A stretch of DNA of 64,000 bases from Octopus vulgaris (lineage: Eukaryota). A program made the translations under genes and the position numbers. Below the pieces are notes generated by a model. It was not told the DNA's origin. It ran no database searches and worked only from the letters and a program-made list of their open reading frames with translations. The stretch covers positions 22,196,001-22,260,000 of the forward strand of contig OX597828.1 in assembly GCA_951406725.2 (NCBI GenBank), in the 5' to 3' direction. Each line of letters starts with the position of its first letter. Within the stretch, counting starts at the first letter, position 1. Below are positions 38,112 to 53,371 of this stretch, in pieces.

Positions 38112-38646
38112 AAGAAGAAGAAGAAGAAGAAGATGATGATGATGATGATGATGACGATAAAGAAGGTAAAATAATGGCGCCTATGAAATAAATATGTACA
38201 AGAGGAAAGCAACTTGAAATAGGGAAGGAAATATGAATGAAGACCATCTAAGCAAGGTTGTTGTGTAACACAAAAAGCGCGAGGACTGGTTGAAGAAGAA
38301 TCAATTATGAGATTACCATAAAAAATGCATAACAAAGCAATCGCGATGTCACAAGATCTGAATAATTTGACAAGTGACAGGTGAAAAATTATTCGAGTTA
38401 TGCCCCTTTGCTACCGTATTTGCTGTTCTGATATTAAAATTTATGCATTTCCTTGTGTTGTTGTTGATGGAGTTTGCTGTTGTACTTTGTGTTTGATTTT
38501 GCATGTGAGATATTTTTTTTATGTAAGCATGTAGGTATATCTATAAGTATAGATAGATGGTAAAAGATAAATGCATATTCAAAAATATACTTGAATTTGG
38601 ATGTTTGGATGTGTATTTTATATCTATCCATCTATCTATCTATCTT

Positions 38647-38711
<65 letters not shown>

Positions 38712-38737
38712 ATATTATATACACATATTTATATATA

Positions 38738-38817
<80 letters not shown>

Positions 38818-38896
38818 TTATATGTATGTGTGTGACTTTGTCAGTGTGTGTGTATATATATGTATGTACATATGCAATTGTCGTTTCAGCACACGA

Positions 38897-38932
<36 letters not shown>

Positions 38933-39041
38933 TATTTATATATGTATATATAAATGCATATATATATATATATATATACATTTATGTATGTATATATATA
39001 TGCATATATCTGTCTATATATATATATGTATACATATTTCA

Positions 39042-39310
39042 TTGGTTTCAGAGGACCACAGCTCTAACATCCTCCCTAAATGCCTGAGAGACTTATATGG
39101 TGTGGATGTGGGTTTCTGTAAAACTAAACTGGATCTCTTCTTGTCAGTAGTCCCAGATGAACCTACCTCACGACAGGAGATGCAGATGCGGGCAGCAGCA
39201 TCGAACTCCCTTGTTGATCAAGTGCCACGTATCAGAGGTGGATTCACATATTAGTGTAGCTCATTCAGCGGTCGTGCTCCAGCGTGGCCGCAGCCTTCGG
39301 GCTAAAATAT
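39042..39310 (+). mobile_element. 5'-truncated CR1-group LINE 3' end (relative of the 17-22 kb element)
   Basis: Encodes [36 protein letters not shown], similar to the ORF2 C-terminus. Tail gtgctccagcgtggccgcagccttcgggctaaaa. Confidence 0.85.
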
Positions 39311-41477
39311 TTTTAAGGATTTACATATACATATATATATATGTACGTGTATATATAATATATATATCGTTTCCCCTCTCTCACATTTCCCGGCCTTTTC
39401 TTCATGCTCACTTTCCCTGATATTTCACGTCACTGTGTCTCTTTAATTTCTTTCTCGCCCCTCCTTAATTCTTGTATCCCTCTACGTATACCTCTCTCTC
39501 TCTCTCTCTTGTCTCCCCAAGTGACCGGTGTTCGGCCAGGCCTGACCTTTCTTTCTTGGTTCAGCTACCATCTGTGTAACATCTATGTTCCTCTCTGTGC
39601 ATGTTAAATCTGATGTCCCTGCCGCAAGACTTTACTCCCACACACGCCAGCTTAATTTAATTCGTCCTTAGTGGAAAGACACCTGTTGTTATGTCCTGTT
39701 AATTGCATTTGTATTTGAGTAACATTTCTCTGTTTTCTTCCGTCCTTGTTTTCGTATACATTCGCTGCTTTCTTCCAAGGAATCTCATGCTCTTAGCTTA
39801 GTTTTTCCTTGGGGCTAGCCAGATTGGAGCAATCTGGAGTATAACCAGCCGAAATTGTAAAGATAATCTGGAACTCGATTGAGGATAGAAAACTCCGAAT
39901 GTTGTCTATATATCGTCTGTCTGGATGTTTTGTTGTCCCTTCTTTGTATCACTTGTCTGGATGTTTTGCGTTCTTGTCCCATTTTTGTATTTTTTGTGTA
40001 TTTTATACGTACACACACACACATATATATATAGTGTGGGGGCTAGCACTGTAACAGTACGTCGCTGCATTCTCTATTCGTTGGAGATCCTCTACATGTT
40101 ACAGAAGACAGAGTGGAAGGGAAGAGTTAATATCTCTTAAATGTTGCCGTATCATTGCTGTGAAGTGTTACATAGGTGCTCGGGTATTCGGAGATTTTTG
40201 TTATTTGATGTTGTGGTAAGAAAAATGGAGGTAGAACATTCCAATTGTAACATATTGCAACGTTCACCTGATCGAGTGCTCTCGCACTTGTAGTATTTTC
40301 CCTTCGACGTCTACGTATCTAAAGCGTGTGGTCTGTGTACGTACGATCAACTATATCGTTCGATGTTATGTGTAGTTTAATTTGTAGTTTATGGAGAGTT
40401 TGTATGACTAGACATAATAGAGGCTATGATGGATTTAATATATTTCTTGTGCACCCTGCTGACTGAAGAAATGTGATATTGTCAATTGCCTTCTGTTTGT
40501 TAATTATTCGTTGTGATTGCATTGCACTATATTCAATAGATGGTTTGGACGTTGCTGTGGAATTATATATAACGTCTGATACTTTTTTTCTTTATTTCCC
40601 GTCTATGTATATTTTGTTTAGGATTTTGGTATGCGGGCTGGTTTTTGTGTGTCGTGTTCTCTTAGAGTAGATAAAGATTTTTGAAATCTCTTGTTGCTGA
40701 GCCGATCTTCAAATTAATGTAGGTTCCGAATGATGATAGGATTGGAGCACAATGATATCTGACTATGAGATAGTGTCTATTTCTGTGGATGTACGAAGAA
40801 AGACTTTGCTTCTCAACCTTTGAGATAGTATATATTTTTGTGGATGTACGGGAGGATTCTGTGATTATAACCTAAGAGGTGTAGAGGAGAATTCGCATTA
40901 CCTTGCTTCTGCAATTTCAAGACCTGCAAACGTTGTTCTCGTTCGTTATATTTGCTTAGTAACTCGACGGATAGTTTCCTAGCTACCATTTGTGTTGTTT
41001 ACATGAGCATAAAATTGATTTAAAAGCTTTGATAGTGACGTAGGTAATTACAATTTTACCTCTTTTGATGTTTTACTCACGTGCAAATGTACTGCGCATA
41101 AGCATTAACAGGAATTCCGAGAAAGGAGTGGGTAGAAAAAGGATTAAATATCCTTACATCGAAGACAATCTTGCTAACAGTACGCAAGATGACAGATGCC
41201 AAGATGACAGCATTAAAGAAAGCGAAGTATTAAGTGAAATACGCAAGTAGGCCATGCTGAACCTAGAATACAAACCACATGAAGAAATACCGCAGAGTAT
41301 CGAGTCCAATGTTTTTTTCATTTCCACCAACCCCGAAAATATGTAAAATGAAATAGTTTTCATCGGGATCGAACTCAGAGACACGGTAAAACTAACTTCA
41401 GGATTTTTACCCGCGTTACAAGTAGTAGTACTACAAAATTGATGTTTTATTGCATGGTTCTGTTGTTATTGAAATAT

Positions 41478-41668
41478 ACGAAGGAGTGCTGAAAAGTCCC
41501 GGCTTTAAGCGTGTCGCAAAAATCCTGGTTGAAGGCCCAACATTCCGAGTGCTTCATCTGTGCTTCGAAAATCTGAAGAACCTCTGCAATAAGTGTGTGA
41601 ATCTGAGAGGGGAATATGTTGAATATTCTTTTTTACCCAAAGCCAGCAACTTTTCAGCGACCCATTGT
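41478..41668 (+). mobile_element. Mariner-derived MITE copy
   Basis: TIR cgaaggagtgctgaaaagtcccggcttt ... aaagccagcaacttttcagc; interior NKCVNLRGEYVE. Confidence 0.7.
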
Positions 41669-41961
41669 AGTCTGCTTTATTTTTATATTCTGTGTGCACT
41701 TCTATGGTCAAATGTGGTAAATTGAACCAGTTTTGATCAAAGAAGATCTAGACTAGTGTATCATGGCTGCGTGTCGATTAGACACGTTAGACAAAAGATT
41801 TAGATTACATGCACACACCACACACGCGCGCGCGTGCATACCTCTGTGCTGACACAAATATAAATGTATGTAGGTATGTGCGTATGTGTATTTGTGTAAA
41901 TATATACATATGGAAAAAAGTCAAGGTAGAAAATGCTAAATTAATTTTATAAAAAACATTT

Positions 41962-41997
41962 CAGTACCAGTTTCAGTAATTGAGAATTCTTCAACTG
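41962..41997 (-). ncRNA. Degenerate minimal hammerhead-like motif (U3-G8)
   Basis: Minus strand: cag-TTGAAGA-attctcaattact-GAAAC-tg-GTA-ctg. The flanks are homologous to 1215-1310, which has GAAACCGGTA. Confidence 0.4.
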
Positions 41998-42445
41998 TAA
42001 GTATGGAAAGCAATTAAATTTTGAAAAAATTAAAAGAAAAGTTTTTCAAAAGAATATTTACATAATATTCAAATACAAGGGGCATTTTCCTTGTTTCTGC
42101 ATGTTTCTGTCTCGCTTGTTTACTCTTGTGGGTTCGAGGTCGTCCCGCCAAACAACGTGATGTTGACAGGATGCTTGATTATTAACATTTTCGTACAAGT
42201 CCTCAGATTCAACCATCCTCATATTGACACCCAAACACTCTGAACTGCTCGCATTGGATATTCTGGCGCTAATGCCAAGTGGTACAGCTTGCAAATTTCT
42301 GGCAGATTATATTGCATCATGGTGTTGTTTTTTTCACTGAGGGTGCCCAGTTGACCTTACTATACTGTAATCGATATGCATCAAATAAAAATATGATATG
42401 GCGACAATTTACGCATCGCAACCTGTGTGTGTGCATATATATATG

Positions 42446-42479
<34 letters not shown>

Positions 42480-42686
42480 CATATATATATGTATGTATAT
42501 ATATATATATATGTATGTATGCATTTATATATACTTACGCGAACACACATTCACACAGACGCACAGAGACATATATAAACATATATATGTATTTATATAT
42601 GTATATATGATATACATTGTTATAGATATAGATATACACAAGCACATACACACAAACACACATATATAAATATATACATATGTATA

Positions 42687-42760
<74 letters not shown>

Positions 42761-43946
42761 AATATATATATATATATGTGTGCGTATGTGTGTGTGTGTG
42801 CGTGTGTGTATGTTTATATGTAAGTATGTATTACTGAAATACACTTTATGCACCTGAAACGGTGTATCTAGCTTAGTTTAGTGTCTAAACAGATAGGACC
42901 ACAGACATAAATGGCTCCCAAACTAGATACCATATAAGTTTCTATTCGATATCTCTCCATCGTGACCACCTCATTAGCGTATCTCATATGTCCAAGAAGA
43001 GCGCTTACGATCATAATTCAAAAATCAAATTTGGTCAGACAGACGTGGTATGTTGCCTATAAACATCGCTTATTCATATTCTATCATTTGTATATGCAGA
43101 CGATTTCCATTTATCTTTTAATTAAATCTCTGGTGAATTTAGTTATATCTATGTTTAAAATTAAAATTAAAATTGATTTTGTTTATTATATAAGATTCTG
43201 ATGTACCATTAGTATTATCATAATCATAATACTTACCATTATTTATATCCATTTTCTTCTTATTTTTATTGTTATTTGTGTTATTATTATCATAACATTA
43301 TGATGTTACAGTTTGCTGCAGCTGTCGTTGTTTTTGTTGTTGTTGTTGTTGGTAGCAGTAGTGGCGGTGTCGGTGTTGTTATTGCTGTTTTTTTCCTCGT
43401 TTATTATTGTTGTTTTTTGTCGTTGTTGCTGTTGCTCTTGTTGTTATTACTATTAGTAGTAGTAATATGATTTCCACCATGTTATTATCATTTTCGGTAT
43501 CACAACTACCATGCTACCACCAACTCCTCGTCCCATCCTACTCCTAATAATCTCCAACATCATCATCGTCATCATCATTCTCGCCATTGTATTCTTCCTC
43601 TCCCTCCTCATCATCATCACCACCACCACAACCTCCACTACTACCACACCACCATCTCATCATCATCATCATCATCATCATCATCTTCTTCATCATCATC
43701 ATTATTATTATTATTATTATCATCATTATTATTATTATTATTAATAATAATAATACTATAGTTGCTGCTGTTGTTGTTATTATTATTATCATAATTATTT
43801 TTATTCTATTCGAATTTTACCGAGGTCGACTTTGCATTTCATCCTTTCAGAGTCGATAAAATAAGTACCGGTTGAACACTAGGTCGATGCCATCGACTCA
43901 TGCCCAACTCCCCCAGGCTGCACTTGTGGCAAAATTTGAAATACTA

Positions 43947-44013
<67 letters not shown>

Positions 44014-44053
44014 TGATAATAACAACAACAACAACAACAACAAAAAACAAAAA

Positions 44054-44090
<37 letters not shown>

Positions 44091-45060
44091 TTAATAATAA
44101 TAATAATAATTTCTTTTTAATTACATTTCCTTTCAGTTTATTATGGTTCTTTTATAGCGATTCATATATGTATACACTTCAGGTATATTATTTGTTTTGT
44201 GTTTGTTATTTTGCAGGTTTTAATTTGAGAACAGCGGCCATGTTGTAACTTAACTCTCAATTGTTTTAAGTCAATTACATTGACTAAAGATTGTTTTTAA
44301 CATATCTTTAAATGAAAAATAGTTGCATTCTATTAACTATACAATAATTAATGTGTCCCATGAACTTTTTGGCCAGATATGCGGAAATTTCACCGATATA
44401 TATTGGCGAAAATTCATAGACACATCGTATATGCTACGTAGGTTGTGTTGTGAAAATTAGTGCGTCACAGATTTACAAAATTATGTCCTCAGACGAATCT
44501 TGCTAAATGTGCAAGTGTCCGACGCGTATGTATGTATGTATGTATGTATGTATGTATGTATGTATGTATGTATGTATGTATGTATGTATGTATGTATGCA
44601 TGCATGCATGTATGTATGTATGTATGCATGTATGTATGTATGTATGTATGCATCTCATTATTCAGTTTATTTCAAGATTTCTTGTCAATAGAGAATAACG
44701 GCAGTACGGGAGGTTCACAATTGTAGAGATATGAAGTAAGTGTTTAATTACGTTTAAGCCAATGTCTGTTGTGTTAGAAAACCATCGATAGGTTAAAAAG
44801 AGTTACCAGAAGTAGAGGAGTCTCCCCTTATTTTTACAAAGCCATGGAGAATTCAGGGAGAAAGATACTTTGACATAAAACTAGCAGTTTAAAAAGGTTC
44901 CGGTCGTCTCGTATTGATTGTCATTGGAAATTACTATGGTGACTAAGAGAATATACAAAAGTCTTGTACAGGTTTTTGTCACCTAAATCCTATATCGTAT
45001 AGATGTCTTAGTGTCATTTGACATGATCAGATGCAATCACTATCCTATATATATACATAC

Positions 45061-45100
<40 letters not shown>

Positions 45101-45111
45101 TTGTGTGTATC

Positions 45112-45202
<91 letters not shown>

Positions 45203-45205
<3 letters not shown>

Positions 45206-46258
45206 GGAGTCAATCTGAGGAGAGTGCAGAGTATTCAGTAAGAGAAAGATAAGCCTAATAGTGATTACGAAGGTACAGCATCTCGGAAAACTCACTCTGG
45301 TCGTTTTAATAAGAAAATAACTCCTGAATTTGTTGATGAGATCCAGGCCATGATTGACAGCAATCCCTCCAAGACAATCAGTTCCATCATCAGGGACATG
45401 AGAGTGTCTGATTTTCTTAGCAGGCAGGTAGTGCATGAAGACATTCGGTATTCCTCATACAAGATGAGAAAGGGCCAGTTTTTATCCCAAGCCATCAATT
45501 ACATGAGGAAAGACTGAACCACGAAGTTTTATAAACAAACATAGCCATCCCCACAAACCGAAGATACTTTCGTTTTTCTAAGATGAGAAAAAATTCTGCC
45601 AGGATCAGATGGTGAACATACGGAACTATCTTTGGTTTGCCGTGTCCCAAAACATGTACTGAGAGTGATAAAAATCAAACATTCAGTTAACATTATATGT
45701 GTTTGGAGGGATCACTAGTAATGGCTATGTTATACCTCCATTCATCTCTCCACACGGCCTCAGACGCAACACGGAAAACTACATTATGTGCCTTGAGGAT
45801 GTAGTGCTGCCCTGAGTCAAGAGGTGGATGCTGTGGGAACAGAAATCTGCACCATGCCACGCAAGCAGGAGAACCTTGGCTGTCGTACAATTTCTGCGAC
45901 CACATCACCCCTAACATCTAATCACCTAAATCCCCAGACTGTAACCCCCTTGATTATTATGTGGGGTGCAGTTGAGCAAGAGACCAACAAAACTCCTTGT
46001 AGCACCAAAGTTGAACTGAAGGCAGGGATTATGGCATCATTCACAAACTGAAACAAAGAAACCGTCCAGAGAAGTTGCAGGAGATTCCGAAGACATCTGG
46101 AGGCCGTGGTTGATGCCAATGGCGATTTCATTGAATTCATTTACTCTTTAGTATTTCACGATATTTTTATGTAATTTTGGTAAATATATCTGTTAAAATG
46201 ATATGTCAGTGTTATTTTCATTTTCGCCTAATTTAGACAATTTATTCACCGTCCCCTG
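45203..46258 (+). pseudogene. Decayed Tc1/mariner transposase (maT/DD37D-like) with right terminal repeat
   Basis: Fragments ...VHEDIRYSSYKMRKGQFLS, F.DEK.FCQDQMVN, SAPCH and PKSPDCNPLDY.. with WGAVE, interrupted by stops and frameshifts. Ends ttattcaccgtcccctg followed by TA. Confidence 0.8.
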
Positions 46259-46627
46259 TATACACACACACACACACAATGTATAGATAGATGGACACAC
46301 ATACACAGGCATATATACGTATACATGCATACATCTCGCTCGGTCTCTCTCTCTCTCTCTGTATGTGTACATAGTGTCAAGGCTCTTCGAAGAACGATTA
46401 CATGTGAACGTGTCACTTGGGAGCACTCGCCAACACCACAATAAAATGTTCCTAATTCCTTATATAGAAAATTCTCTATATCGAGACTGTCACTATGGTA
46501 AAGCAGTTAAAGGATGCAAAATATATCAGCCATATTGGAGAATATAATTCTACTACAGACGAAGGTATCTATGTTCTTATCTATCCGTTGTATCTATAGC
46601 AGTGCTATCTAAATCTGTAGGGTATCG

Positions 46628-46629
<2 letters not shown>

Positions 46630-46674
<45 letters not shown>

Positions 46675-46728
46675 GAGTCGAGGAAGACAAAAAAGTTTGG
46701 AAAACATTCATAACAATGTGGAACTATG

Positions 46729-46783
<55 letters not shown>

Positions 46784-46905
46784 GATAGATAGATAGACCC
46801 CAACAATATTTCAAGTCATCGAGAAAATTTAAGAGAATAGGTAACCATAAAGGATGCAAAATATATCAGCTATTGGATTTGAATATAATTCTATACATGC
46901 CTGCA

Positions 46906-46980
<75 letters not shown>

Positions 46981-46985
46981 ATCTG

Positions 46986-47073
<88 letters not shown>

Positions 47074-47074
47074 G

Positions 47075-47171
<97 letters not shown>

Positions 47172-47219
47172 ACATACATAAATACATAGATATAATAGAT
47201 CCAACCAAACACAGTATAT

Positions 47220-47260
<41 letters not shown>

Positions 47261-47357
47261 TTCATATACAGGTGTGTTTGGTTGGATATATATAATATGT
47301 ATTTATGTACATATATATATCCATTTATCTATCTATCTATCTATCTATCTACCTATC

Positions 47358-47413
<56 letters not shown>

Positions 47414-47417
47414 AGAT

Positions 47418-47464
<47 letters not shown>

Positions 47465-47477
47465 GATAGATAGATAA

Positions 47478-47480
<3 letters not shown>
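46630..47480. repeat. (ATCT)n/(AGAT)n arrays switching orientation, with an internal inverted repeat
   Basis: Strand switches at ~46782, ~47108 and ~47358. tacataaatacata..atccaaccaaacac is mirrored by gtgtttggttggat..tatgtatttatgta. Confidence 0.85.
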
Positions 47481-47559
<79 letters not shown>

Positions 47560-48211
47560 ACATACATGCTTACATACATACTCTAGACTCATTTCGGAAA
47601 AAACAAACTATTTGGAAATAGGTTTAAACAGAGAGAATGATTTAATTATTTCTCACTATATAATAAACGGCTACAATTTAGAAAAGCTTAGAAAAGTTGA
47701 TAGACTCTTTCAATTATTTACTTTAAAGATTACAATTAGGACTAACATAACAGCCGTAAAGATATATCTTCAGACAAATAGTCTTTTAACAGTACTGCGG
47801 AGCATTTTAATGATGCGAAAAAAGCAGAAGATAAAAAAAAATCAACGAAAATGCTATATATTCAGCTAGTATATATAAAAAAAAATTGAAAAAAAATATT
47901 TGGTTTCTCCTATTCGTTTAGTTTGAATTTGTCATCCAGTACAGCTATAAAATGTATTAAACCTTTATGTGAATAATTCCTAGCTAATTACTCTAATCGC
48001 AAACCCTTCGATGGAATAATGTCAAGGATCGTTACATGTGTGCCCAACGTCTAACAGTTTGTATCAACAAGGAGTATAAGAGAAATATTACTTCTGTTAG
48101 CATCCCACGCCTTCCTGCACTTGATGTACCATAAGATTATAATCTCTTCGTACCATATCAATTACAGCGTTTATCATTTGTTTACTGTGAGCGTCTTCAA
48201 CAGTGTGGATA

Positions 48212-48417
48212 TACGAGGCGATGCTGAAAATCTCCTGGATTTGGTTTAAAAAATACAGGACGATGAGTTACTCATAGTTTTATTCAACATATTCTCCTCT
48301 CAGATACACAAATTTATTACAGCGATCCTTTAGCTGTTCTAAGTCTTTTAAAAGAACTCGGAAGTTTGAGCCTTTCGTGATACCATTAAAGTTAGGAACT
48401 TCTCAGCACTTCCTTAT
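48212..48417 (-). mobile_element. Mariner-derived MITE copy (reverse orientation)
   Basis: TIR cgaggcgatgctgaaaatctcctgg ... aggaacttctcagcacttcc. The interior is the reverse complement of the 9086 copy. Confidence 0.65.
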
Positions 48418-49100
48418 AGCTGCACCGTATAATCATTTGTAACATGGATCAATGAAGCAATATCTTGTAGTTCACTATATATATATGGAGCTTGAAAGAT
48501 CTCCTAAACTGAATATACTTCACTGAATATTAACATTCAGAAAGTTATACAAATTCTATTGTGAGCATGCAAGCTTTTAACTTTTGATTATGGCGAATTA
48601 AACAAAGGGTCTGAGCTAACGTCTCTCTGTCATCATAGGATAAAGTATGCGTTGAAGATACTAGTTGTGTGTGCCTTCTGTTTTTCACATTTATATGATT
48701 TAGATTCTGGTTTGTAGTTTTTTCTTCTGGCAGTTTCGTCTTACCCTTCTGTATACATCTCTATATTTACATCTGTAAAATAAATCGACCATCATTCGAT
48801 CTACGTACAACGAGAAGTTGATTTTATTTTTTACGGGTCATATAATTGTTGTAAATAGAAGCGAAGTGCACTTTTGACACAAACAGATCTATGGTCTGAC
48901 CGAGTAATCATTTATTCGTAAAACGTTGCAATATGCAGTGAGCGTATTCTACAAATATTTAGCAATGAAATCTTGCAAATAAGATTAGCATTCATTAGCA
49001 CTGACAAAACATCTGACATTCAATGACTGAAGTATTCCTCTTTTATGCATATAAATGCATAAGTAAATGCATTCACACATAAAAATATACATACATAGAC

Positions 49101-49131
<31 letters not shown>

Positions 49132-49511
49132 TGTATGTATGTATGTATATATCTATGTACAGTCGTGGAACATGTTTTTAGAATCAAATTGGTTATACCC
49201 AAGTACAATTCGATTCAAATAAATACTGGCATTTAATATAAAAATTGTATATCTTCAGGTATTTAATATAAAAATTGTAATTTTCAGACTTATGTCCCAA
49301 ACTGCATCAATGTATCCTGGCGAATATCTCAGCCCCTATGAAAATCGTACTCGGCTACCTACATATTTCAATAGTTCCGAGAGCAATCGATATACAACGT
49401 TATTCATTTCCTGTGACCGATCCAAATTTTAAATTCGAGGTTAAAATTCAATTAAGGTCTATGTCTATCTACTAATCACGATGACTACAAAGCTCATATG
49501 GAATATATATA

Positions 49512-49544
<33 letters not shown>

Positions 49545-49663
49545 CATATGCATACACACATATATTTACACACACAGATATATATATATATATATATATA
49601 TAGTTATAGACATATATATATGATATATATACATATATATACTTTTTTATATATATGCATATG

Positions 49664-49729
<66 letters not shown>

Positions 49730-49732
49730 CAA

Positions 49733-49850
49733 TTGCAGTGTGGAAGGTGTTTATAAGCCATTTAAGAAACACACAAAAACTGTTAGATTCACTTCAACGT
49801 TTAAATTTAATTTGTCAGATCAAGTCACTCGTTATGCAAGTACATCCCGG
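49733..49850. mobile_element. Deletion derivative of the 24121-24445 fold-back element
   Basis: The left arm up to aatttgtca is joined directly to gatcaagtcact..tatgcaagtacatc. Confidence 0.75.
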
Positions 49851-49851
49851 T

Positions 49852-49948
<97 letters not shown>

Positions 49949-50094
49949 AATATATATATATGATGTATGTATATATGTATGTATATTAGAGTAGTTCTGC
50001 TCATATTCCTAGCAATGTAGTTTCCGTAACACACTAGTCGCATTTAGTGATATTAGTAATACTCCTTTTTTGTTGAAACATTGCAAACTACCTT

Positions 50095-50386
50095 TATATG
50101 GCCCAGTGGTTAGGGCAGCGGACTCGCAGTTGTAGGATCGCGGTTTCGATTCCCAGACCGGGCGTTGTGAGTGTTTATTTGAGCAAAACACCTAAAGCTC
50201 CACGTGGCTCCGGCAGTGGGTGGTGGCGATCCCTGCTGTACTCTTTCGGCACAACTTTCTCTCTTTCTTCTGTTGGCCTGCTCGCTTAGCAAGCGAGGTG
50301 GCGTCACTTGAAGGCTAAAAAAAAACAATGCGAAGCGCATTGTGACCAGCAATGTGCAGCAACATCTGATAGCCTGGTCGGTCACG

Positions 50387-50390
<4 letters not shown>
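50095..50390 (+). mobile_element. tRNA-headed SINE (family C)
   Basis: A box tggcccagtggttagggc and B box ggtttcgattccc. The tail (gcgcattgtgaccagc) is complementary in part to 1-48. Confidence 0.75.
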
Positions 50391-50427
<37 letters not shown>

Positions 50428-51142
50428 TTGTGTGCGTGTGTGTGCGCGTGCGTGCGTGTGGGTGTGTGAGTGTGTTATATGTCTGCGAAATTTTGCCTGT
50501 AGATACGTGTGTATGTTAACATGTTTTGATATCTGATATCGCACATGTGAATATGTATATATCAATATATAATACTTACATATATATACGCTATATTGTC
50601 AAGTACACATAAAACAATTTAGGAGAGTCTTGTATATACATGTGTGAATATAGAGACGTAATGCAGCCATGCCTTTGTATTTATTTAGTCATTTAATCAC
50701 ACATTTATTATACAGATAAACGCTGATAAAACTTAATATTCATACATAAGTTTTGCACTTCATAACATTATGTCTGGATAGCAGATCTCAAACAAACACA
50801 AAGCGTAAAATTTTGGACTTTGGCGCCGAAGCTTCCTAAGTTTTTCCTCTTATATTAACGGTCACATGAAGATCCCAAATAAGCATAGTCAGATATATGT
50901 TGTCATTTTATAAAGAAATGATATATTGCATGAGTTTTCGTACCGTCAAACATTTAGTTAACAAGAAAGGATATATTTAGTTTTTTTTTTTTTTTTAATA
51001 CAGGTGCATATTGTTTTTCGTTTGTGTACACACGCCATGTATATGTAAGTAGGCGTATACGTGTGAATATATGCACGGGTACGTGCATATATATGTGTGT
51101 GTGTGTATGTGTGTATGTGAGTGTGTACATATATGTACATAT

Positions 51143-51204
<62 letters not shown>

Positions 51205-51236
51205 AGATACATGTATAGATATATACACATATAAAG

Positions 51237-51271
<35 letters not shown>

Positions 51272-51396
51272 ATGTATGTATACATATGTATGCGTGTAAC
51301 TGCATAAAATTATAAATCTATGATAGTGTGCACATGTGTGAGTGCGTATGTGTGTGTGCCTGTGCATAAGTACGTACAGATATATATATATATATG

Positions 51397-51446
<50 letters not shown>

Positions 51447-51763
51447 GAGATAAAGAGATCGAGTGTGTGATAGATATATAGATGTATGTATACACGCACG
51501 TTTGTCTTGGTAAATATGTTCACAGTGTTAGAGCAACAACATACTGGAAAGAACTTAATTTATATGTGCATTTATTAAAATAAATATCCGTATGAGATTC
51601 CAGATCTGGCGATCTCAAAGTTTTCTATGATACAAAAGTATACTTGTTAGTGGGAAAATAAAGAGACTCTAGAGAGAGGGAGGAAGAGAAAGAGATAGAG
51701 AAGGAAAGAGAGAGAGAAAGCGAGAATGAAAAATACAGAGTGATATCCTAGTAACGCCGAAGA

Positions 51764-51820
<57 letters not shown>

Positions 51821-51822
51821 GC

Positions 51823-51863
<41 letters not shown>

Positions 51864-51935
51864 GATGAATATATATATACACATATATTTATTTATATAT
51901 ATATATATATACCTATATCTATTTATCTCTGTCTT

Positions 51936-52011
<76 letters not shown>

Positions 52012-52915
52012 CGCATATATGGATTATATGAATGCGTGTATCTCCGTATCTAGTAATGCGTGTATGCATTACGGACCTTGCATTAGTTCTATATGAACTG
52101 TGCCTCACGGTGATATACTTATAGTTGTACATAGTTTGTGTACACCTTTCACGCCATCTGAATATGTTTATATGGTGTATATCTCTTTCTATCATTCTTT
52201 CTTTCCTTTTTTCCCCCTCCTTGTATTCCTCCGATTTTGTTCCAATCTCTTCCTTTCTTTTTACCTTTATATGTATTAGCTTCATTTTTTTTTTCTTTTT
52301 GGTTTGCTGTGATGCTCTTGTCTCTTTTCATATGCTTTTTCTTTCCTATACCCTATTGCCTGTGTCAGAAACAAACGTATTCTCCATGTTGCAATGTATT
52401 CCTCTCCCACCCACTTCTTAAATATTCCTGCTATTTCTATTTTTACGGATTTCACAGTTACTTCCTCCATTTTGTCCAGAGAGTTATTTCAAGACATAGC
52501 TGAGAATTATACGTACACACTTGCTTGAATAGATTCCCACGTGCCTACATATAAACACACGCGCATATTTGTATATATGCCTATGATAAACATACAAATG
52601 CACCGACACATACATACATATATACATGCAAACTGATATATTTATATACATATATATATATATATATATACATGCGTGTAAAAAACCTACATATATATGT
52701 ATTTATATGTATGTATATATATATATATATAGTATATATGTGAATATACATGTATATATGCATATAAATATATGTGTGTATGTATAGAGGTAAATATATA
52801 TATATGCAGGTAAACTACCTACTATATCTATCTGTATGTCTATGCATTATGTATGTATTTATCTCTATGTGTATATGCATATGAATATATATACATATAC
52901 ATGTATATATATTCA

Positions 52916-52957
<42 letters not shown>

Positions 52958-53050
52958 TATAAACAATATGTAAATATCTATATCTATATGTCTATATACG
53001 TAAGTATGTATCTATCTATCTATATGTGTGTATATGCATATGAATATATA

Positions 53051-53098
<48 letters not shown>

Positions 53099-53102
53099 CA
53101 TC

Positions 53103-53150
<48 letters not shown>

Positions 53151-53292
53151 CATCTCACTCGAAAAGTAATATTGCATATTCAGCTGTGGTAAGGCATCCT
53201 CTTCAGAAATCATTTTGGAATTTTCGTCAAATGTATGTATGAATTTCTGCGAGTATGTGTTTATGACGTATATATGTTTTTATGTATCTAAG

Positions 53293-53371
<79 letters not shown>

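Noticed and set aside
39790-39915. Hammerhead-like fragments (ttgaggatagaaaactccgaat; cagccgaaattgta)
   Set aside because: The core and stem I cannot be assembled consistently.
40030-41400. Possible decayed retroelement coding sequence
   Set aside because: Only vague hints with many stops; I cannot assign a family without a homology search.
44150-44240. Splice-acceptor-like ttttgcag and nearby ATG as a host exon
   Set aside because: There is no supportable coding frame, and such motifs are common by chance in AT-rich DNA.
50095-50170. Possible tRNA gene
   Set aside because: It continues into a conserved SINE body found elsewhere in the window, so it is a SINE head.
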